Shown here: positions 56,015-64,000 of the stretch, piece after piece
How positions within the stretch are numbered: position 1 is the first letter of the stretch
Layout of the letters: the number at the start of each line of letters is the position of its first letter
From: an uncultured delta proteobacterium
GTDB lineage: Bacteria > Desulfobacterota > Binatia > UBA9968
Direction of reading: 5' to 3'
Length of the DNA stretch: 64,000 nucleotides
Assembly: GCA_963804165.1 (NCBI GenBank)
Contig: CAWDPO010000013.1
Coordinates: 32,001-96,000 of the forward strand
Made by a program: the position numbers and the translations under genes
Notes under the pieces: model-generated
Database searches by the model: none
Told to the model about the DNA's origin: nothing
The model's input: only the letters and a program-made list of their open reading frames with translations

Positions 56015-56932
56015 TTGATGGCAAGTAACGACCGCTGTCCGCGAGGGAGATTCAATCCGCCGCGATCCTTGCGGATCGCTCTCTTCCTAGTGCTCGTGGC
56101 TCAGGAAACTCTTCACTGTGCCGAACAGTCGTTCAATCAGCACGCATCCGCCTCCGTGATTCACGCTTATCTGCGGGCGACTTATGCCCGCGACTTCGCC
56201 ACGGCGTATCGCTTTGTCTCCGCCGAAGATCGTAAAGTGCGCGACCTAAATCGCTACCTCCGGCAACGTGGACCGTATGACGGCTTCATTCTGGAAGCAG
56301 CGAAGAAGCTGAGCGAATTCGTCGAAATTCAAGCGCTGAAGACGCGCGAATCGCCGAACCGCGTTCACGTGTCGATCAAATACCGCGTTCCCGACCCGCA
56401 AAAACTCGCACTGCTACTATTCAACTGGGATCCGTACCGCTTGAATGCTTTGCTGCCGACCGAGCAAAAACAACTTATCGATTTGCTGGACAAACGGGGT
56501 ACCGAAGGCTCACTCGCGATGAGCCAAGGCGAAGAAGCCTTCGAGTTGGTCAAAGAATCTGACGGCTGGCGCATTTTTTTGAACTGGGCCGCGGGCGTGA
56601 AGATCCCGCTCCGGCTCGACTTATCTAAGTCAACGGACCTGGACGTTGCGCTTTCGAAGAATGAATTTGTCCTACAGCCCGGCGAGCTATTCGAGATTGT
56701 TTTGCGAATCAAGAACCACGCCAAGCAGCCGGTTACTGTGCGCATCGGACATCTAGTCGAGCCCAGCTCGATCGCCGATTTTCTCGATTTTGTTCAATGC
56801 GGTTTTCTCCTACCGGTCACAGTTCAGCCCGAAAAGGAACAAGAATTTTCAGGCACCTACATGTTACGAGGCAGCCTCCCCGAAGGCATTCGTCAATTGA
56901 CTTTGACCTACGACTTCCGCCAGCTTAAGTAA
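56015..56932 (+). CDS. Exported two-domain protein with Cox11/CtaG-like C-terminal domain, paralog 2
   Basis: YLRATYARDF; QPGELF..KNH..GHLVEP..FVQCGFL..LPEGIRQLTLTYDF. Confidence 0.7.
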   Translation: MMASNDRCPRGRFNPPRSLRIALFLVLVAQETLHCAEQSFNQHASASVIHAYLRATYARDFATAYRFVSAEDRKVRDLNRYLRQRGPYDGFILEAAKKLSEFVEIQALKTRESPNRVHVSIKYRVPDPQKLALLLFNWDPYRLNALLPTEQKQLIDLLDKRGTEGSLAMSQGEEAFELVKESDGWRIFLNWAAGVKIPLRLDLSKSTDLDVALSKNEFVLQPGELFEIVLRIKNHAKQPVTVRIGHLVEPSSIADFLDFVQCGFLLPVTVQPEKEQEFSGTYMLRGSLPEGIRQLTLTYDFRQLK

Positions 56933-57034
56933 TCCTTTGACGCGAGAGGGCTCCCGTATCTGGCGCGCCCATCTTTTTTGTGATTAATTAAAAATGGAAT
57001 TTGTTCGTCTAATCCATCGTGAGGCGAGAAACTG

Positions 57035-57628
57035 ATGAAAAACTTTAGCCGCATTTTTGTTCTGCTGTTTTGGACCGTCGTCGGTCCACGTCAATTGGGC
57101 GAGGTCATTCTCGTTCGACCCCTTTCGATCGGCGCTGCCAACGCTCAAGATTCCGCCTTTGAATCGAAAAAGATCGTTCCGTTCGTGCCCTCGCCACAAG
57201 TGGTGGTGGATAAGATGGTCGAGCTCGCGGGTGTGAAAAAAGGCGACGTCGTGTTCGACCTGGGTTCGGGCGACGGCCGGATCGTCATCGCGGCGGCAAA
57301 AAGAGGCGCCACGGCGATCGGCTTTGAAATCGACGGCGATCTGGTGAAGGAGTCGCGCGAGAATATTCGCAAGGCCGGCGTTCAGGATTTAGCCGAGATT
57401 CGCCAGCAGGATATTCTCACCGTCGACTTTTCGCCTGCGTCAGTGGTGACCATGTATTTGCTGCCCGACGTCAACTTGAAGTTGAAACCCAATCTTTTGA
57501 GTCAGCTCAAACCCGGCTCGCGTCTCGTCTCTCATGCCTTCGACATGGGCGACTGGAAACCGGAGAAAGTCGAGCGGGTCGAGGGGCGTACGGTCTATTT
57601 TTGGACCATTCCGGCAAAGGGACGCTAA
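57035..57628 (+). CDS. SAM-dependent methyltransferase with signal-like N-terminus
   Basis: VPFVPSPQ, VFDLGSGDGRIVI, VVTMYLLP, SHAFDMGDW. Confidence 0.88.
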   Translation: MKNFSRIFVLLFWTVVGPRQLGEVILVRPLSIGAANAQDSAFESKKIVPFVPSPQVVVDKMVELAGVKKGDVVFDLGSGDGRIVIAAAKRGATAIGFEIDGDLVKESRENIRKAGVQDLAEIRQQDILTVDFSPASVVTMYLLPDVNLKLKPNLLSQLKPGSRLVSHAFDMGDWKPEKVERVEGRTVYFWTIPAKGR

Positions 57629-57661
57629 TCCGAGCGGGGGATCCTCGACCAAGATTCTGCC

Positions 57662-58567
57662 TTGACCACCCGAATGCCCCGCCTTGTTAAAAATTTTCTT
57701 CTGTTCGTTTTTACGGCTGCCACGCTGGCGCTGCCCGGGATCTATTGGATCAACACGGTCGGCGACAGACGCCCTGAGGACCCGACCCAGGTTTTGTCGA
57801 AATATCTTAAATTCCTTTATGCGCGCGATTTTCGTCACGCGTATCGATTCATCGCCAGCGAAGATCAGCAGTTGAAACCGCAAAAAGATTACATCCGCGA
57901 GCACGACCCGTTCAGTGGTTTCGCGTTGCAAGCCGCGCGCAAGCTGGCCGGCCTGATCGAGCTCAGGCCGGTATCGGAGCAACCGGATGGGAAAGCCAGC
58001 CGCGTCCGGGTCGCTATGAAGCTTCCTGACGCCAAAGGGATCTCGGAGTTATTGCTCGACTGGGATGAAAAACGGTTGAACGCCCTGTCGGTGCCGGCGC
58101 AAAATAAGATTATTTCGACCATCGACAACCTGATTCGGCAACGGAAATTGCCGATGATCGAGGGCGAGGAAGAGTTTGTCTTGGTGAAAGAAGACGCGCT
58201 TTGGAAAGTTAAACTCAATTGGGCTGCCGGCGTTAAGGTTAAGTTTGCCACCGTTCTGCCGCACAACGGCGACCTGGTGGCGGAACCGATCACCAAGGAA
58301 ACGGTTGCACGCTCGGACGACTTATTTACAATCGGATTCAAAGTAAAAAACCGCGCCTCCCGCGAAGTCGTCACTCGGATCGCGCACCGGGTCGAGCCCA
58401 AGGAGTTTGCACAATATCTGGATCTCGTCGAATGCGCTCTTTTACTTCCTGTGCGGCTTCGCCCGGGCGAAGAGCAAACTTATAACAGCACCTATGTCGT
58501 TCGCGGCGATTTGCCGGACGGCATCAAAGGCCTGGACGTTACCTATGAGTTCAAAGTCGAAAATTAA
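57662..58567 (+). CDS. Membrane-anchored two-domain protein with Cox11/CtaG-like C-terminal domain, paralog 3
   Basis: YLKFLYARDF; FKVKNRAS..AHRVEP..QYLDLVECALL..LRPGEE..DLPDGIKGLDVTYEF. Confidence 0.7.
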   Translation: MTTRMPRLVKNFLLFVFTAATLALPGIYWINTVGDRRPEDPTQVLSKYLKFLYARDFRHAYRFIASEDQQLKPQKDYIREHDPFSGFALQAARKLAGLIELRPVSEQPDGKASRVRVAMKLPDAKGISELLLDWDEKRLNALSVPAQNKIISTIDNLIRQRKLPMIEGEEEFVLVKEDALWKVKLNWAAGVKVKFATVLPHNGDLVAEPITKETVARSDDLFTIGFKVKNRASREVVTRIAHRVEPKEFAQYLDLVECALLLPVRLRPGEEQTYNSTYVVRGDLPDGIKGLDVTYEFKVEN

Positions 58568-59174
58568 CCGGGCACTTTTTTTCGCCCTGACCACGACGAC
58601 TCTTTTCTCGCCAGTCGCCTGGTCTCATATCCCTATTCCGCCCAAAGCACCGAGCGAAATAGGCCGCCGAGTCGTGAAAACCGCCGTGCCGGACTTCAAT
58701 CTCACCGATCAAGACGGCAAACCGTTTCACTTCGCCGCGGCAAGAGGAAAATTGATTCTGATCAATTTCATATTCACGACCTGTCCTGACGTCTGCCCGC
58801 TGTTAACGGCCAATTTCGCAGCGATCCATCGGACGTTGGACGAAAACAAGGTCAAAGACTATCTGTTGCTCAGCATTACCACCGATCCCGAACGGGACAC
58901 GGCGCCGATTTTGAAGGACTACGCCGGCCGCTTCAAAGCCGACTTGAAGCATTGGTCGTTTCTGACCGGCACCCGCCCGGAGTTGGCCAAAGTATGGAAA
59001 GGCTTCGGCATCAACGTCGTCAAAAACGAGTCCGGACAAGTGCAGCACACGACGTTCACGACTTTGGTGGATCGCCAAGGTAACCGTCGGGTCGACTACT
59101 ACGGCGACAAATGGCAGGACAAGGAAGTTCTCAATGATCTTGGGAGGCTGCGCGCGCGAAAACCTTTAAGTTAA
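58545..59174 (+). CDS. SCO1/SenC family protein
   Basis: FTTCPDVCP, TTDPERDT, VQHT; signal peptide; ATG 58545 overlaps previous gene. Confidence 0.9.
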   Translation: MSSKSKINRALFFALTTTTLFSPVAWSHIPIPPKAPSEIGRRVVKTAVPDFNLTDQDGKPFHFAAARGKLILINFIFTTCPDVCPLLTANFAAIHRTLDENKVKDYLLLSITTDPERDTAPILKDYAGRFKADLKHWSFLTGTRPELAKVWKGFGINVVKNESGQVQHTTFTTLVDRQGNRRVDYYGDKWQDKEVLNDLGRLRARKPLS

Positions 59175-59209
59175 TACTCGCGCGTCGAAGACTCAGAATT
59201 TTTCAGTGC

Positions 59210-59788
59210 ATGCCGAACCCGTCGAAGCAGTTCTTTCCGTTTTTTAGTGCTCTGCCCCTGATCGCTGCCTGCCTATTCACAAACGCGGCAAGAGCTGCCC
59301 AGAACGATCGGGGAATTTTCGAGATTCAAATCAAGGATCATCGTGAAGCGATCGGTGATTTTGCCAAGTTCGATATCGCGCTCGATAAACTTCTGATCAG
59401 TCCCAGGGCGGGACTGATGTTCTGGCAAACGGGTTGGAAAGAGCTACAGCCGTCGGTCGCCGTGGTGGATCTGACCCAATACGTCGGCAAAAAAACTGCG
59501 CGAGTGTATCGCGGTGAAATTAACCCGGGATCATTCGACGCATTTCATGTAAAAATTAAGAGCATCGACGCCCTGCTGAAAAAGACCCGCCGCTCGACAT
59601 CGGTCAAAGATATCGTTGGCGCGGTGAAACTGTCTTTTCAGGTGCCCGCTAAAGGAGAGACCGTTCTCGTGCTCGATCTCGTCGTCACCGACTTTTCCGA
59701 CCACCCCCCGCGCGGCTATGAACTCGGTATCAAAGGCTACGAGCTCTACGTTAACGGCAGACTCATGGAGAGAATACCGCCCGGATGA
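59210..59788 (+). CDS. Exported beta-rich protein (DUF4382-like)
   Basis: Signal peptide; EIQIKDH..VDLTQY..GSFD..LVLDL pattern. Confidence 0.5.
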   Translation: MPNPSKQFFPFFSALPLIAACLFTNAARAAQNDRGIFEIQIKDHREAIGDFAKFDIALDKLLISPRAGLMFWQTGWKELQPSVAVVDLTQYVGKKTARVYRGEINPGSFDAFHVKIKSIDALLKKTRRSTSVKDIVGAVKLSFQVPAKGETVLVLDLVVTDFSDHPPRGYELGIKGYELYVNGRLMERIPPG

Positions 59789-60164
59789 TTATGCCTCTAG
59801 GTTCGTCGATTCGAGCTGGCGCCCTTCGAGTTACTAGCCGTCGAAGTTTTCGTGCCCGCGAAAGTTTCTCGATACTTCACAATTTCGTGACTTGAAACTT
59901 TACTCACGCCACGCGCATCCAGATCGACGACGAAGGAACACGAAAAACGCAACCTGATTAAATATTTTCTCGGCGGTCTTAGCCGCCGGCACAACAGGTC
60001 GCCGGCCCGCCCGCGCTCCCTCAGCTGATCCCGCCTCGGGACACTACGTTTCTCAATCCATCTCGTAGTCCGTCTGAAGAATCCGCGTTTTGTCCTCGGT
60101 TCCCTCATCTCTACACAAACGCTAAATTTCCCGTTAGAATCTTTCCGCTCGGTTAGCTCCGATC

Positions 60165-60812
60165 ATGGACGCATCTAAAACTCGGTTTATCCTGCTCGGC
60201 CTCGCTGTCGTTGGTTTGGGCATCGTTCTCGGCACGGCGCTCTGGCTTAGACTCGGTCCGCGCGCGCAATTCGGGCGCGGCGCGCCTGACTCTGCCCATG
60301 GCTTAAATCAGTACGGAATCGTGCCGGATTTTTCGTTCACGGAAAGAAACGGCAGCGCCATGGGCTTGGCCCAGTTACGCGGCAAAATATGGATCGCCGA
60401 CTTTATTTACACGACCTGCACCGACACTTGCCCGCTGCAAACCGCCACGATGGCCAAGTTGCAAGCGGAGTTTGCCGCCAAGCCGGATATTCAGCTGGTG
60501 TCGTTTACCGTCGATCCCGAACGCGACACACCTCAAGCCCTGACTCTTTATGCGAACAAGTATCAGGCCGATGCCAAGCGCTGGTATTTTTTGACCGGCG
60601 AGCGCGACCGAATTTTTCGTCTGATCCTGGAAGGCTTTCATTTAGCCGTGGCGTCGATGCCCAACAATGGCGACCCCAGCGGCATGATCCCACACAGCCC
60701 ACGTTTTGTGTTGGTGGACAAGGAAGCGCGCATACGCGGGTACTACGACAGCCGTGAATCGGCGGCGCTGGTCCGGCTGAAAAACGACATCGACAGCTTA
60801 ACGAAGGGATAG
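60165..60812 (+). CDS. SCO1/SenC family protein
   Basis: N-terminal TM; YTTCTDTCP, TVDPERDTP, PHSPRFVLVD..IRGYYD. Confidence 0.92.
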   Translation: MDASKTRFILLGLAVVGLGIVLGTALWLRLGPRAQFGRGAPDSAHGLNQYGIVPDFSFTERNGSAMGLAQLRGKIWIADFIYTTCTDTCPLQTATMAKLQAEFAAKPDIQLVSFTVDPERDTPQALTLYANKYQADAKRWYFLTGERDRIFRLILEGFHLAVASMPNNGDPSGMIPHSPRFVLVDKEARIRGYYDSRESAALVRLKNDIDSLTKG

Positions 60813-60817
60813 CAGCG

Positions 60818-61693
60818 ATGGCCAACGAGAGAAGTAGAAAAGGCAAACAAGCGACGGCGAGTGTGGTGATGCGCGAGGGGCCCAATTGGCCGCTATTCGG
60901 TCTCGCGCTGCTCGGCATGGCGCTATCCGGCTATCTCACTTTTACGGCGTGGCAAGGGAACCTCGTGGCTTTTTGCACCGAAGGGACGGGCTGTGACGTT
61001 GTGCTCAATAGCCGCTGGTCCACGCTCCTCGGCATGCCGACTTCGTTCTGGGGTTTTCTCACCTACGCGCTGCTCGCAGCGGTGGCCTGGAACAAAAATG
61101 CCGCGGATCAATGGCGTTGGGCGTGGGTGATTGCGTTTTTCGGTTTGCTTTACAGCCTGTATTTGACCTCGATCTCGTTTTTCGAATTGCAGGCCGCCTG
61201 CCCATACTGCCTGACTTCGCTCGGTTTGATGGCGGCCATCGTCATCGTTACGACGTTTCAAAAACCGGCCAATTTGCCGAAATTTTCCTGGGGTCCGTGG
61301 TTGGCAAAAACTGTCGGCGTCGCCGTAGTCATGATTGTCGCGCTGCATTCCTATTACGCCGGCTACTGGGGCAATGCCCCGGGACCGGAAGACCCGTGGG
61401 TCCGCGGTCTTGCCGAGCATCTCTCGAAGACCGACGCCAAATTTTACGGCGCCTCTTGGTGTCCCCACTGTTCCGAGCAAAAACACTTGTTCGGCAGCTC
61501 GGTCAAACGCATCCCCTATGTGGAATGCAGCCCGGGCGGCCAAAACGCCCCCTCCGCGCCGGTCTGTAAAGAAAAAAATATTACAAACTATCCGACGTGG
61601 ATCATTAACGGACAGCGCTACACCGGCATCCAACCTTTAGATGCGCTCGCGCAATTGAGTCAATATAATAAGGGGCAAGGGGGCAAGCCATGA
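60818..61693 (+). CDS. Vitamin K epoxide reductase (VKOR)-thioredoxin fusion
   Basis: FCTEGTGCDVVLNSRWS and CPYC in VKOR domain; FYGASWCPHC, YVEC, YPTW in Trx domain. Confidence 0.93.
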   Translation: MANERSRKGKQATASVVMREGPNWPLFGLALLGMALSGYLTFTAWQGNLVAFCTEGTGCDVVLNSRWSTLLGMPTSFWGFLTYALLAAVAWNKNAADQWRWAWVIAFFGLLYSLYLTSISFFELQAACPYCLTSLGLMAAIVIVTTFQKPANLPKFSWGPWLAKTVGVAVVMIVALHSYYAGYWGNAPGPEDPWVRGLAEHLSKTDAKFYGASWCPHCSEQKHLFGSSVKRIPYVECSPGGQNAPSAPVCKEKNITNYPTWIINGQRYTGIQPLDALAQLSQYNKGQGGKP

Positions 61694-62166
61694 AATCGGG
61701 CGAATCGGTCTTTAAGCTAACGATGCTTTTGGCGATCCTCGCGGCGACGGTTCCATTTGCGCCTCGATCAGCGCAAGCCGATCCTTCGAAGTATCCCGAG
61801 TTCGCCCTGCAAACACTGCCTGATAATATCACGCCTGCGTTTATCAATATCGAGGAGCTGGTCGCAGCGTTAAAGGCGGGCGCCAAGCCGGTGATCATCG
61901 ACGTGCGCAGCGATGAAGAGTTCCGCGAAGTACATATCTTGGGCGCCGTCTCCGCGCCGCTGGGGGAATTCAAGGAGTATCTGAAAAGCATTCCACGGGA
62001 CCGGCCGGTCGTCCTCTATTGAGCGTGCCCCCATCACCTGGCCAGTTTGGCCTATGGCATTCTCTATGAAAACGGCTACCGCAACATGAAAGTACTCGAT
62101 GAAGGTCTCACCGGCTGGTACCAGAAACGCTATCCCATGGAAGGCACCAAGGCTCCTGGATCGTGA
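61690..62166 (+). CDS. Exported rhodanese-domain protein, probable selenoprotein (LYUACP, UGA 62020-62022)
   Basis: IIDVRS..HILGA..PVVLY-TGA-ACPHHLASLAYGILYENGYRNMKVLDEGLTGW completes the rhodanese fold to TGA 62166; hairpin GGCCA-GTT-TGGCC at 62040-62052. Confidence 0.88.
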
Positions 62167-62169
62167 ATC

Positions 62170-62865
62170 ATGGCCGGCGAAAATGCGGTAATCCTGCTTA
62201 GTGGCGGCATCGATTCGGCCACTGCCGCCGCCATCGCGAAGCAGCAGGGCTTCGAGTTACACGCGCTCAGCTTTCGCTATGGCCAGCGCCACGAACGCGA
62301 GCTCGAATCCGCCCGCAAAGTCGCTTCGTTCTTGCAGGTTCAATCTCACAGAGTCATTGAGTTCGATCTTCGGGCTATCGGCGGGTCGGCGCTCACCGAT
62401 GGGATCGAAGTTCCCAAAGGGCGCAGCGAAACGGAAATCGGATACGGCATTCCGGTAACCTATGTGCCGGCGCGCAACACGATATTTCTCTCCTTCGGTT
62501 TGGCGCTGGCCGAGCGGATCGGCTCGCAGGATATTTTCTTCGGCGCCAATCAACTCGATTACAGCGGCTACCCCGACTGCCGTGAGGAATATATCCGCGC
62601 TTTCGAACAGATGGCGAATCTCGCCACCAAGGCGGGAGTCGAAGGCAAAAGCCGATTGACGATTCAGACGCCTCTGCTCAAAATGACCAAGGCCGCGATT
62701 ATTAAAATGGGCCTGAAGCTCGGATTCGACTACGCTCTCACCTGGAGTTGTTACGATCCGTCACCCGACGATCGAGCCTGCGGCCGTTGCGATAGTTGCC
62801 AGCTCAGGCTGAGTGGGTTCGAAGCAGCCGGCGCCATCGATCCGATATGCTATGCCGGACGATAA
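62170..62865 (+). CDS. queC: 7-cyano-7-deazaguanine synthase
   Basis: [39 protein letters not shown]. Confidence 0.97.
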   Translation: MAGENAVILLSGGIDSATAAAIAKQQGFELHALSFRYGQRHERELESARKVASFLQVQSHRVIEFDLRAIGGSALTDGIEVPKGRSETEIGYGIPVTYVPARNTIFLSFGLALAERIGSQDIFFGANQLDYSGYPDCREEYIRAFEQMANLATKAGVEGKSRLTIQTPLLKMTKAAIIKMGLKLGFDYALTWSCYDPSPDDRACGRCDSCQLRLSGFEAAGAIDPICYAGR

Positions 62866-63007
62866 ATGGCTCATGAAATTTGGTCGCGTTCTCTACTATA
62901 ATGATCTTTCGGACCATGGGACCAGAACTGAAGTCGTCAGGCATGGGCCATCGGTCTTAACCTGAAGGTTGGCACCTGAACACCGCATCCTAGGAAAATC
63001 GCCCGGT

Positions 63008-63901
63008 ATGTTGCCCAAACCGTTCACTCCGGATTTTTTAACCCAGCTGGAAACCCTCCGGGTACGTACGAGAAAGGAGATCCTCGGCAATCACCCGGGC
63101 AGTTATTCTTCGCCGCGGCGCGGCACCAGTTTGGAATTTTCCGACTATCGGCGCTATGCGCCTGGCGACGATCTGCGCTATCTCGACTGGGGCATCTATG
63201 CGCGCACCGATCGGCTTTACATCAAAGTGTTCCGCGAGGAAGTCGACTTGTTTGCTTACGTCTTCATCGACGCCAGCGCCTCGATGGCGTTTCCCTCGCG
63301 CGCAGAAAAATATTTGCCCGCCACGCATGTGGCGCTGGCGCTCTCCTACGTCGTCTTGGCAAATCACGATCACGTTAAGCTGCATCTGATGCAGGATCAG
63401 AGCCGTCCGACGTCCTCGCCGTTTTATCGCGGCCGGCGCCGCATGACCGACTGCATCGATTTCGCGACGTCGGCAAACCCCGCGGGACCGCTGGAGCTGG
63501 CGGCCTCTCTCGGGGAGCATCTCAAACGCTTACGCCGGCCGGGAAAAGCCATTCTGATTTCCGATTTCCTCATGCCCGCCGCGGCCTATCAACAGGGATT
63601 GAATTTGCTGCGTGCTTTCAACCTCGACATCGTGGCGATTCAGATTTTGTCGCGCGCCGAAGTCGAGCCGCCGTTTCCCAATGGCAGTATCGCCTTGGTC
63701 GACAGCGAAACCCAAGGCGAGGTCCGCTATCAATGGAGCAACAACTCGCGGCGCGACTATCAATCGAAACTGGCGCGTCATAATTTGGAAATCCGTAGTT
63801 TCTGTCACCAAAGCGGCATTCATTACTCGCTCTATGTCACCGATCGCGACCTCGGCGACTTTATCTTCGCCACGTTGCCGAAGATCGGACTTTTTAAGTA
63901 A
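63008..63901 (+). CDS. DUF58 family protein (MoxR/VWA-associated)
   Basis: GTSLEFSDYRRYAPGDDLRYLDW, IDASASM, LISDF. Confidence 0.92.
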   Translation: MLPKPFTPDFLTQLETLRVRTRKEILGNHPGSYSSPRRGTSLEFSDYRRYAPGDDLRYLDWGIYARTDRLYIKVFREEVDLFAYVFIDASASMAFPSRAEKYLPATHVALALSYVVLANHDHVKLHLMQDQSRPTSSPFYRGRRRMTDCIDFATSANPAGPLELAASLGEHLKRLRRPGKAILISDFLMPAAAYQQGLNLLRAFNLDIVAIQILSRAEVEPPFPNGSIALVDSETQGEVRYQWSNNSRRDYQSKLARHNLEIRSFCHQSGIHYSLYVTDRDLGDFIFATLPKIGLFK

Positions 63902-63907
63902 TTCCAT

Positions 63908-64000
63908 ATGGAGTTTCTCAATCCCACCGCTCTGTACGGACTCTTTGCCTTGCCGTTGCTACTGATTCCTTACTTAGTGCGAAAAAAGCCACGCCGTCTG
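63908..64000 (+). CDS. BatA-domain/VWA protein, 3'-truncated by window edge
   Basis: MEFLNPTALYGLFALPLLLIPYL resembles the BatA N-terminus; follows DUF58. Confidence 0.7.
   Translation, partial: MEFLNPTALYGLFALPLLLIPYLVRKKPRRL

Noticed and set aside
59790-60160. Possible second RAPP-type leader (RPARAPSA) or antisense 103-aa ORF before the third SCO
   Set aside because: No start/RBS in that frame, stop ~19 codons upstream, motif is RAPS; unsupported unless an indel hides a longer ORF
62170-62865. queC as part of a 7-deazaguanine DNA-modification or QatC defence system
   Set aside because: Canonical length and motifs; no dpd or qat neighbours

Overview
GC-rich bacterial chromosome segment. 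Gene content and style suggest a Deltaproteobacteria-like lineage, possibly Binatia (inference; classify the 16S gene to confirm). Left half (1-31.5 kb): accessory metabolism with one complete NitT/TauT-type ABC transporter, several solute-binding proteins without adjacent permeases, two paralogous exported alpha/beta hydrolases, mazEF, malate synthase G, an FAD monooxygenase, a heme-oxygenase-like diiron protein, a likely AhpD-type selenoprotein (CxxU) and a decayed cytochrome c peroxidase. Middle (31.7-42.5 kb, minus strand): a full rRNA operon (16S-tRNA-Ile-tRNA-Ala-23S-5S) behind the conserved zapB-zapA-6S RNA-ygfA-rny-ymdB-tyrS cluster. Right (42.7-62.2 kb), the most interesting part: a ~19.5 kb metal-uptake and periplasmic thiol/metal-handling island. 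It contains nikR flanked by two matching operators, a TonB receptor/MFS/TonB/metal-ABC set, a His-rich RAPP-ending (DUF2946/CruR-like) leader, a BNR/sialidase-like lipoprotein, TlpA, three paralogous proteins with Cox11/CtaG-like C-terminal domains lacking the CFC motif, three SCO proteins, a VKOR-thioredoxin fusion and a signal-peptide-bearing rhodanese with an in-frame UGA plus SECIS-like hairpin. Several genes, including tyrS, carry single-base frameshifts that look like sequencing or assembly errors. All calls are from reading the sequence by eye; no database searches were run.
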